Sequence record: NC_031043.1
DNA length: 64,000 bases
Reading direction: 5' to 3' (one strand)
Below are positions 18,239 through 26,268 of this stretch, piece by piece. The first letter of the stretch is position 1. Every line of letters begins with the position of its first letter. The notes beneath the pieces were generated by a model, which saw only the letters and a list, made by a program, of their open reading frames with translations, was not told the origin of the DNA and ran no database searches. Position numbers and translations under genes: made by a program.

Positions 18239-18448
18239 TTAGGAAGGCCAAGTGACTGCTTTTGCGCCACCGGACGATGACCAGCTACAGCTGCCATTGC
18301 AACGGTAAGATGCGGCATTAATGCCGTTTAAACGGTTAGCATTGTTCACGGTACCGCGCGTCGCAATATAGGTGTTCGCTTGGGCGGTAGTGATGTAACC
18401 TTCAATACGTGCGAGTTGTACGCCAACCTCATTAAGGGATACGGCCAT
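18239..18448 (-). CDS. Short CXXX-family paralogue P3 (69 aa, only 2 Cys)
   Basis: MAVSLNEV..NNANRLNGINAASYRCNGSCSW aligns with the N-termini of P1 and P2; TAAGGAG SD. Confidence 0.8.
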   Translation of the reverse strand: MAVSLNEVGVQLARIEGYITTAQANTYIATRGTVNNANRLNGINAASYRCNGSCSWSSSGGAKAVTWPS

Positions 18449-18457
18449 GAGAACTCC

Positions 18458-18856
18458 TTACGGTCCTGAGCACCCGGAGCAACCCGTACATGAACTGGAG
18501 CAAGAACCAGAACAACCACCCGAGCAACCACCAGAACAGCTCGTCGAACAAGTCCCTGTACATGTTCCCGTACAGCTACCAGAACAGCCACCTGCGCAGC
18601 CTCCCGTACAGCTGGAAGAACATGAAGAACCACAGGTACCTGAACAGGTACCGGTACACCCGCCCGAACATGCAGAACCACACGTCCAACTGCAGGTGCC
18701 GCCACAGTGATAATAGTTTGCGTCTTGACCACCAAAGCGGTCTACGTTGTTTGAGGTTTTTGACCCAATGTACGACTGTACACCGGCTTCGGTTTTAAGA
18801 GCGGCTGATTCAATGCTGTTAAGCTGTGTTTTTACTGCATTAAGTCCAACTGGCAT
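18458..18856 (-). CDS. CXXX-repeat protein P2 (radical SAM target candidate)
   Basis: 50-aa N-terminal part followed by an 82-aa Cys/Ser/Gly/Thr tail with 21 Cys (18 CXXX units, then CTG CSG CSGP); TAAGGAG SD. Confidence 0.9.
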   Translation of the reverse strand: MPVGLNAVKTQLNSIESAALKTEAGVQSYIGSKTSNNVDRFGGQDANYYHCGGTCSWTCGSACSGGCTGTCSGTCGSSCSSSCTGGCAGGCSGSCTGTCTGTCSTSCSGGCSGGCSGSCSSSCTGCSGCSGP

Positions 18857-18868
18857 TTTTTTATCTCC

Positions 18869-19255
18869 TTACATCGGACCGGAACAGGCAGAGCAGCCTG
18901 TGCAGGAACTTGAACAGGAGCCTGAGCAGCCTGCACCACACCCGCCAGAGCAAGATGAAGAACATGCCGAGCCGCAGCCACCGACACACGTCCCGGAACA
19001 CGTCCCTGCGCAAGAACCAGTACACGTACCAGAACACCCGCCAGAACAGTTACCCGAACAGCTCGAACAACCAGAGGTACAGCCTGCAGAACAAGTCCAA
19101 CTACAACTCCCGTTACAACGGACGTCGCCGGGACTCATTCCTCCTAAGAAATTTGAGTTATATGCTTTCGATGCCACCTGTGCATCCACCGATGGACCGG
19201 TAGCGATTTGCAGGCGGGCCATCCTCGCACTAACATCGTTGAGTTTAACGGCCAT
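18869..19255 (-). CDS. CXXX-repeat protein P1 (radical SAM target candidate)
   Basis: 46-aa N-terminal part followed by an 82-aa tail with 21 Cys in CXXX/CXX spacing; AAAGGAAG SD. Confidence 0.9.
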   Translation of the reverse strand: MAVKLNDVSARMARLQIATGPSVDAQVASKAYNSNFLGGMSPGDVRCNGSCSWTCSAGCTSGCSSCSGNCSGGCSGTCTGSCAGTCSGTCVGGCGSACSSSCSGGCGAGCSGSCSSSCTGCSACSGPM

Positions 19256-19269
19256 ATGCTTCCTTTAAA

Positions 19270-19296
19270 GGGTGAGACTCGCATAGAGTAACACCC
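19270..19296 (-). promoter_or_regulatory. Imperfect hairpin between the last tail-fibre gene and P1 (weak terminator or attenuator)
   Basis: On the minus strand GGGTGTTACTC-TATGC-GAGTCTCACCC is followed by only TTT and then the P1 SD. Confidence 0.4.
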
Positions 19297-19310
19297 TGAC
19301 GTTATAAGAG

Positions 19311-20510
19311 TTATTTGGTGCCTGCCGCAGACTGAACGTCGTCGCGTGTGGTCAGGTTGGCGTTGATGTGAACGTTTGCCTGTACAACACCACCCGTGTT
19401 CTTGTTCAGGTACTGGTCGTGCGGGTTTGCCGCCGACTGGTGGTTTGCCAAGTTCTGGTTAGTAGTCGCAAGGTTACGCTCAAGCGCAGCAATACGGTTT
19501 TCTAAGCCAGCGTTAGCATTACCCATATCCGCAATCTGCTGTTTCAGGTTAGCGATTTCCTGATTAGCAGCCGCCAGTCCTTGCTTCAGCGTGTTAAGCT
19601 GCTGAGACAATAACCCGACCTGCGTTTCCAGTACCAGAATCTCATCCATCAACTCAGCAATTTGCAACTGGGTTTTCTGGTAGTTCTGGTCAACCACGTT
19701 TAACTGGGTGTTCCACGTTGCAATCGAACTGACCAGTGCCGCAATCTTCTGCGCCAAATCAGTGTCGGTAGCATTCAGAGTACCAATGTCTTGCAGGACG
19801 GCGTTGATGTTGCTCTGCACGGTCTGGACAAGCGCACTGACTTCTGCGGTAGAGTACACGTCCAGTTGACCACGGGTCAGCTTGTGAACGTTACCTTCAG
19901 CATTACGGTGCTCTTCCAATGCATCGAGCATCTCTTGACGATACGCTTTAAGCATGTTTTGAATCTGTACCATTTCGGCACTGGCACCCAGACGGATGGC
20001 ATCGTTCAGCTTAGACAACAGCGTGACGATATATTCAAAACCAAAGAAGTCACCGAGGTCACGGAATGCCGGAGCACCCGCAAACTCATCCGGAATGTTA
20101 CGCAGTTCGTAGAAGTTGATAGTCGGGTCGTCTAAGTCCAACGACTCCACACACTGGATAATACTTTCTACGTTAGCGGCGTACGGCCCACCCACAATCT
20201 GCGCGCTGACAGTAATGTCGGATGGAACAGACGATTTGGTGATTACGATAGCGGTCGCAATCTCACGCCCACCCACCATTTTGGTTAATGACGGATGCAA
20301 CAGAATCGCTTCGTAGTTTGTTCCGCGTACCAACGGTTGGTTGGGAGCATTCACCGGAGCAATTCGAAGCGTATCAACAAAGAACGGACCTGTCGGGAAA
20401 GCAAACGCTCGGTTAATGGTTCCCGTTCCGAGTTTAATCGGATGAGAGACCGCGTTACCGGTGTTAGTTCCAAACAGGTCCAATGGGTACTGCATTATAA
20501 CCTTACTCAT
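19311..20510 (-). CDS. Short tail-fibre-like coiled-coil protein
   Basis: Shares the YPLDLFG..N..F.TGPFF..L N-terminal domain with the three large fibres; long heptad-rich segment; HQSAANPHDQY motif. Start placed at MSKVI (AAGGAG SD). Confidence 0.7.
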   Translation of the reverse strand: MSKVIMQYPLDLFGTNTGNAVSHPIKLGTGTINRAFAFPTGPFFVDTLRIAPVNAPNQPLVRGTNYEAILLHPSLTKMVGGREIATAIVITKSSVPSDITVSAQIVGGPYAANVESIIQCVESLDLDDPTINFYELRNIPDEFAGAPAFRDLGDFFGFEYIVTLLSKLNDAIRLGASAEMVQIQNMLKAYRQEMLDALEEHRNAEGNVHKLTRGQLDVYSTAEVSALVQTVQSNINAVLQDIGTLNATDTDLAQKIAALVSSIATWNTQLNVVDQNYQKTQLQIAELMDEILVLETQVGLLSQQLNTLKQGLAAANQEIANLKQQIADMGNANAGLENRIAALERNLATTNQNLANHQSAANPHDQYLNKNTGGVVQANVHINANLTTRDDVQSAAGTK

Positions 20511-20565
20511 CGGAAAAGCTCCTTGATGGTGAGCAAAGAATGGGGAGCCGAAGCTCCCCACTTAT

Positions 20566-23500
20566 TTACATGCTCAGTGAGGAATCATGAATCATAACAT
20601 CAAGGAGAGCAGCCCACTGTGCATCGTAATAGATGTCAATGTAACGGCCTCCCGCGAATGTTCTTTCTTCCGTCCAGTAAAAGACTGGGGCTTTAGTGGT
20701 ACTATCCGGCCGCAGTGCCAGAATGTAATCCTTTCCTGTTGGTACAGTTAAGGTATACAGACCGATACTACTCGGCCCCGGAACCGAGGCAGGGATTGCT
20801 GGGGTAGGGAGAATGACCGCAGTCATATCCAACGAAGACGATACGAGCTTGGTTGCCCCATCCTGTATCAATTCAAACGCGATATAACACGGTGTATTCC
20901 CTGGCGCCTCCTTCACAACCAAACACAAAGCGTTCACTTGGTTTAACAATAGACCGCCTGAGCCGATAGTAAAGGACTGCGTACCGCCCGACCCACGAGA
21001 TACCCCGTTGATATAAATATCGACTGAGTCATCCACCTGCACGTTCAACACCAGATTCAGCGATGTTGGCGTAAAGTAGGTCTTCGTTCCCCATACAACA
21101 CCTGCTGCCAACGGTGGGGCATTCACCTTAATCGCTGGTGCAGCTAATGGCGGTGTATAGGAGTTGGTCGACTGCAGAACTTGTGGCCAGAGTTTCTCCA
21201 CTTTATTCGTAGGTTGGAACCAGTTCCCATTACTTACCTGTGGCAGGGTAATACGCTGCACCGCATCAAATGCACCGGCTAACGCGTTCGCATTGTCTAA
21301 TGCGGCGGCGGTGCCGTATGCTTTCGATAGGTCTGCACCCGGACGGCCAAGGTTCCAGAATCGTGTTGCATTCTGAGACGCCGCACCATACCCGAATCGA
21401 CAACTACGAGCAAACGTCGGGGCAGCGACCGCTAAATCAACTTCCAGATATTTATACGTCGGGTCATTACGCAATTGCCCTAAAGACAGTGCGCGCTTCG
21501 CGGCGTTAATTGTCCGGATGTTGGTGTCACGGTCACCAGTAGTCGGCAGCTTCGCACGTTGTACCGCGATGTAAAGCTTATTACCGCGACGCTCTACGTA
21601 CGCATGAGCATACCACGTGTTCCAAGCCAACTGGTCAACCACGGACGTATCCACAACACCAACTGTACGAGCATTGGATTGCAGATAGTTTTCTTTCAGG
21701 ACCGTAATCGATTCTGCACCCAGATGACCTTCGATGGAATTACTGATAACCAAACACAACGTTTGTTCACGACTGGCCGCGTTCTCGTTGGCTTTTAAAG
21801 CAGCCACAACAATCGCAGTCGCGTCGTTATCGGTATCGTTGGAGGTAATTACCGTGTTGAAGACGTAATCCCCTACCAGCTCATCAGAGATGAACCCGAC
21901 AAACGTTGCGGTGTTCAGTGTACATTCCACGATGTCATCGGCTGCCACATACTTCCACGCCAGCAGTTCACTTTCGTTAGCCGGACGGGTTTCTGTAGTA
22001 GTTGCGTGACTGAAGCGATACCAGCTGTTATAGATATCTTGGAAGGACGGGAATGAGAACGTGTTAATCGTGCCCAAGTTCTCCATGTTCGAGTAAATGG
22101 ACTCGGTCAGACTCCCGCCCGGAAGGTAGCCGTGCGCATACGGGTTATCCGCGTGTGCCAGTAAAGCCCCTACCTGCCCCAAACGTTTCACACGGGTGAT
22201 GTTCACTTCGCCTAACGCGTTAAGTGTTGTCACCACGTAACCAATGTACAGCCGAGAGTCCGTATCCGCCAACTGTGTTTTGGATACCAGATACTCAGCA
22301 GCCCCGGTGGTTGCATTTAACTGCACGTGGAAATAGAACGTCTGGTTCTGATACCCCGATGGGAACAACGCCTTGAAGTCAAACTGGCTGACCGGGACGA
22401 TATGTTCTTCCATCTTCGCAAAGAAAGGAATTGCCTGGGTGATATACAACAACATCCCTTCTGCCAGCTGAGGACCAAACAGAATCACCTGACGAGAAGG
22501 ACCCGTTGTGAAGTTACGGGAGTTGTTTGAATACGCGGTGCCGCCGTAATACGCCCCATTCGAAATCCATTGCGCTGCCAGAATCTCGTTGGTTTCAGGT
22601 AAATGCACAATATCGTATTCACCGTACGCCGGGTTAGCGCTATCTCTCGATAGTGTCCAGTTCGCAAAGTTCAGGTCACAGGTAATCGTTGGGGTGTACA
22701 TCGTCCCACCGCCCACTGTAGGCATATACCCTAACGCATGCGTGCGAATAACCCAACCGTCTGAACGTTTGATTAACCGTAACTGCCAGTAGTCGCCCGT
22801 AACTGCAAAACCTGTGGTAGCAGCATTAACACGATCTTCTGTGGCGATGGTCGTTGTACCACTAAAGTTTAAGGTCAGCACCCCTGCCGCAAAGGTCATT
22901 GGGACACGGAACGTATAGTAGTACATGTAGTTGATACCGTCAGCCTCTGTTTGACAGAATGTTGCGGTAGCAATACAAAGGTTCACGCCCCCTAAGTCGA
23001 AGAGGTTCAGCCAAGTCACTTTCCATTTAGAGGCAGCTTCACTAAACTTCGGAATGCGGCTGACCAACATGGATTGGAAATCCGCCCATTGGGTCGTGCT
23101 CACCGTCACCCGGTCCGCGTGCACCGAGGCGTTACCGTTGATGTTTTTGTAAGCGCGAGTTTCCGCTTGGTAGAACGCGGTACCGTTAAGGTAATTATTC
23201 GTACCATCAAACACATAAGCGCAACGTGCTAACGTGTTATAGGTTGCCTCAGGTAAAGAGGTGCGGTCGTTACTTGGACCCCATCCGCCGTAACCCGGGA
23301 AGTTATAAGACCCCGCGGTATCGTACCCGGTCTGAATACAGTCGCCGGTGTTAGTGCGACGGAACAACGCTTTCTTTACACTGTTCCCTAACTGAATCAT
23401 CCCACGCATGCGATACTGGTAAACAGACCCATACGCACCCAACACAGCTGGCTCACCACCCATGCGACCTGTTAACGGATTATCCCAACGTAAAGCTTCG

Positions 23501-26265
23501 AACGGGGTTTTACCGCCTAAGCTAATACGTACGTTGTAGTTGTCACTGTTCGAGTTATCATTCCCGATGACATCGAAATACGTCTTCCGCACAACGTTAG
23601 AGTTAATTCGGTTGCCGTACAAAGAACCGTCTGAGTTATTGGTGTGATAATTCCCACCTTTATCAGTTACCCCATTCTCGTTCAACTCCATTGGCAAGAA
23701 GTCATCGTCTAACGTAACTGTTTTAGCAGTCAAGTCCAAAACATACGAAATCTGCCATTTGACGCCCCAAGCCGTTACTGAGTTAGAGATGTGAGTGCTA
23801 CAGTTAGCGCGTAAACGAATCTTCTTATCCTGTCGCGCATGTAACCAGTTACGACGTGCCGAGTGAACCACGTTCCGTGCACCTGTCCATTTCGCGTCCC
23901 CCGCAGGGGTCACGTAATACAAACTCGTGGTGTTTGGGTCCGTGCTATTAACAGCGTACGTCGCCAAGCGTCCCACGTTACCATCGGGGTACTTACCGGC
24001 CAGCGGGACTGATGCGAAGACCGTATCGGTTTTACTGAAATCGCTAAGTGGTATAACCCACAAACACGTGTACATCTCATTGCTATTCAGCAACGGTCTA
24101 ACTACATAAACGTCCTTATCAACGATATGGATATAATCCGCACCGGGTAAAGGAACAAAGTCGTATTGACCCGAAGCACGGGGCACCGGTGCGTAAGTAA
24201 CACGCACCACGTCAGTGTGTTTGGCTGCGTCAGCTGTCCCGTTAAAGAGAACCAGGTAGTACAGCGCGTCAGTACCGACAAAGATAGCAGCATCATCACC
24301 AGTAACGCACACACGCATCAGTTCAATACCCGGATACTTTTTAGCCATTCCTGCGGGCTTATACTGCACCGCGGTAGACAGATACGACGTATTTGAAAGA
24401 TTGTCCGTGCCCGGGTCGCAATCGCGATACCAGTAGAACACCCGCTGCGAATCCACATAGCCGTCCCAACCGTTGCGCAGAATATACAGACGCCCATCTT
24501 GCACAATCTGCATGGCATTGAAATCACCATCGATGAGAGATGAGGTTCCTTTATACTGCCCCGCTGTCGGGATAGGTAAGAACCCGGAGTCGCCGTAGTA
24601 CGTTCCGTTGGCCACCCAGCTTGGTAACAGGTTTAACGCTTTATCCTCTGCCGCATCGATTTTCAGTTTCAAATCGTAGCCCAGTTTAGACGTCGCTGCC
24701 TTATCAGTAGTGGCATCCAAAATGGTGTAGAGGTACGTTAAGCCTGAGACCGTCTCAGAAGCCGTAGGGACGTTTAGCAGATCACTGGCTACGTGACTGT
24801 GGACTTTCAACGCTTTGTTCGTCAGGGCGTCACGGAAGGGCTGTGTGACAGGCTTATCAGCAGGGGCGGTGTTATTCACGTTACCTAAGCCGAAAGATGC
24901 CTTCGTCAGGTTGATGGTCTGCGTTGCACCGAAAGCAGCACCGTTGATTTTGAAAGTCTCATCAACGTAGTTGTTCAGTTTCAGCAGTAAGTCATTAACG
25001 CCTTTCTGCGACAACGCGTAGTTTGGTGCAATTACCTCCACGTTATCTGTCAGACGGAACAGTCCTTCAACGGTATCCGTAGCCGATGGCGGTTGGGCTG
25101 CCATGTTCACCGGAGAAGTCGCTGAACCATTACCACCAATACGTACAGTCGGCGTAGAGGTAAAGGTAGGTTGTGCGTTCGAGTTCAATGGCGGATAAAG
25201 GTAAACCGTCACTGTCGATGGAGTAATAAGGAAAGCGCCGTTATAAATCGGACGGACGTCTTTCGCTCCAGCAGCACTTCCTTTCGACGGCACGAACAGC
25301 TCATCATAACCTGCCCGGGAAGAAACCCCGATACCGCGGCCATTGTTGTCACTGTCAGCGGCCAATTCAACAACCGCTTCGGTTCCGGTCAACAGGATTT
25401 TCCCTGCTGAGAACCGTAAGGCAGACTTACCATCTGCTGTGGCGTAGACCAGTTCGTCGTTGTTAATCGCACGGAAGCGTCCGAACACCTGACCCATGGT
25501 ATCATCAATCAACGTATCGACGACACGCTGAGAGATTTTGTTCTCTACCATAATCGCAACCAGCTGTGCTAACGTCTTACTGAACGCTTTCACGGCATTG
25601 GTTGCTGCCGCATCGACAGCTAACGCCCCAACGTCTGCTGGAGTGTATTTGTGCTGATGTGGGGTCTTGTGGTGCTGGAACAGTTTGTCGTCGTACATCT
25701 TTGCAGCAGAGCGTGACAGTGCTGTAATCGCTGCATCGATGTCCGTGTCCAGCTGACCTGCCTTCTCTTCAATCTTGAGACGGATGTTGTTGATAGCCGC
25801 TGCAATCGAATCGCGAGCGATGGCTTCATCCAAATCCTTCGGTGGGTCAACCGGTTCAATGGGAATCTGGTAGCGCATGAGCGCCGACCAGTCGGTATTA
25901 CGTGGCTCGGTAATAGCCGGGTTAACGAGGAACTTGCCGATATCCGACTCAGGGACGGAATAAGAAGAACCGAGTACCTGCAACTTATAGGTAATCTCGG
26001 TCTTCGTCAGCAGCATTATCCCGCCGAACAACTGAGCGCTTGCGGCGTGGGCACCGGCAGAGTAATACAACGCGAGGTAGTAGTCGATACCTTCGAATAG
26101 CAGGTTACCGTCAGTATCCTTAATCTCTAAGCCGTTACGGAAGAAGGGTGCCTCGAAAGGCACCACTAAGTTGAAACGGTTAGGATAAGTTAATGTACTG
26201 AGTGAACCCTCCGCGATGTTATCAGGGCTTTCACCCGTCAAATCTTCGGGATAATGTGTTCTCAT
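20566..26265 (-). CDS. Large tail fibre protein (1899 aa)
   Basis: Shared YPEDLTG..PFEAPFF N-domain, HKTPHQH and LGNVNNTAPADKPV fibre motifs, beta-rich body, and a C-terminal VDDSVDIYING carbohydrate-binding-like module. Confidence 0.75.
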   Translation of the reverse strand: MRTHYPEDLTGESPDNIAEGSLSTLTYPNRFNLVVPFEAPFFRNGLEIKDTDGNLLFEGIDYYLALYYSAGAHAASAQLFGGIMLLTKTEITYKLQVLGSSYSVPESDIGKFLVNPAITEPRNTDWSALMRYQIPIEPVDPPKDLDEAIARDSIAAAINNIRLKIEEKAGQLDTDIDAAITALSRSAAKMYDDKLFQHHKTPHQHKYTPADVGALAVDAAATNAVKAFSKTLAQLVAIMVENKISQRVVDTLIDDTMGQVFGRFRAINNDELVYATADGKSALRFSAGKILLTGTEAVVELAADSDNNGRGIGVSSRAGYDELFVPSKGSAAGAKDVRPIYNGAFLITPSTVTVYLYPPLNSNAQPTFTSTPTVRIGGNGSATSPVNMAAQPPSATDTVEGLFRLTDNVEVIAPNYALSQKGVNDLLLKLNNYVDETFKINGAAFGATQTINLTKASFGLGNVNNTAPADKPVTQPFRDALTNKALKVHSHVASDLLNVPTASETVSGLTYLYTILDATTDKAATSKLGYDLKLKIDAAEDKALNLLPSWVANGTYYGDSGFLPIPTAGQYKGTSSLIDGDFNAMQIVQDGRLYILRNGWDGYVDSQRVFYWYRDCDPGTDNLSNTSYLSTAVQYKPAGMAKKYPGIELMRVCVTGDDAAIFVGTDALYYLVLFNGTADAAKHTDVVRVTYAPVPRASGQYDFVPLPGADYIHIVDKDVYVVRPLLNSNEMYTCLWVIPLSDFSKTDTVFASVPLAGKYPDGNVGRLATYAVNSTDPNTTSLYYVTPAGDAKWTGARNVVHSARRNWLHARQDKKIRLRANCSTHISNSVTAWGVKWQISYVLDLTAKTVTLDDDFLPMELNENGVTDKGGNYHTNNSDGSLYGNRINSNVVRKTYFDVIGNDNSNSDNYNVRISLGGKTPFEALRWDNPLTGRMGGEPAVLGAYGSVYQYRMRGMIQLGNSVKKALFRRTNTGDCIQTGYDTAGSYNFPGYGGWGPSNDRTSLPEATYNTLARCAYVFDGTNNYLNGTAFYQAETRAYKNINGNASVHADRVTVSTTQWADFQSMLVSRIPKFSEAASKWKVTWLNLFDLGGVNLCIATATFCQTEADGINYMYYYTFRVPMTFAAGVLTLNFSGTTTIATEDRVNAATTGFAVTGDYWQLRLIKRSDGWVIRTHALGYMPTVGGGTMYTPTITCDLNFANWTLSRDSANPAYGEYDIVHLPETNEILAAQWISNGAYYGGTAYSNNSRNFTTGPSRQVILFGPQLAEGMLLYITQAIPFFAKMEEHIVPVSQFDFKALFPSGYQNQTFYFHVQLNATTGAAEYLVSKTQLADTDSRLYIGYVVTTLNALGEVNITRVKRLGQVGALLAHADNPYAHGYLPGGSLTESIYSNMENLGTINTFSFPSFQDIYNSWYRFSHATTTETRPANESELLAWKYVAADDIVECTLNTATFVGFISDELVGDYVFNTVITSNDTDNDATAIVVAALKANENAASREQTLCLVISNSIEGHLGAESITVLKENYLQSNARTVGVVDTSVVDQLAWNTWYAHAYVERRGNKLYIAVQRAKLPTTGDRDTNIRTINAAKRALSLGQLRNDPTYKYLEVDLAVAAPTFARSCRFGYGAASQNATRFWNLGRPGADLSKAYGTAAALDNANALAGAFDAVQRITLPQVSNGNWFQPTNKVEKLWPQVLQSTNSYTPPLAAPAIKVNAPPLAAGVVWGTKTYFTPTSLNLVLNVQVDDSVDIYINGVSRGSGGTQSFTIGSGGLLLNQVNALCLVVKEAPGNTPCYIAFELIQDGATKLVSSSLDMTAVILPTPAIPASVPGPSSIGLYTLTVPTGKDYILALRPDSTTKAPVFYWTEERTFAGGRYIDIYYDAQWAALLDVMIHDSSLSM

Positions 26266-26268
26266 TTC

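Noticed and set aside
18239-18300. P3 as a frameshifted pseudogene of a full CXXX protein
   Set aside because: No Cys-repeat sequence exists downstream in any frame, and the stop is coupled to the next gene's SD.
18229-18318. N-terminal extension of the 343-aa ORF (MPHLTVAMAA...)
   Set aside because: It overlaps P3 in another frame; a GTG with a TAAGGAG SD at 18228 is the better start.
18458-19255. CXXX region as a CRISPR array or DGR template/variable repeat
   Set aside because: The repeats are 12-nt degenerate coding units with no constant 25-45-nt repeat or spacers, and no cas or reverse transcriptase gene was recognised in the window.
18346-19268. ORFs with PEQ/PEH/QNH or VLV repeats (18447+, 18490+, 18747+, 18910+, 18346-)
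   Set aside because: They are antisense or alternate-frame shadows of the CXXX-repeat genes; the periodicity comes from the TG(T/C)-NNN repeat, and P1/P2 have SD sites and homologous N-termini.
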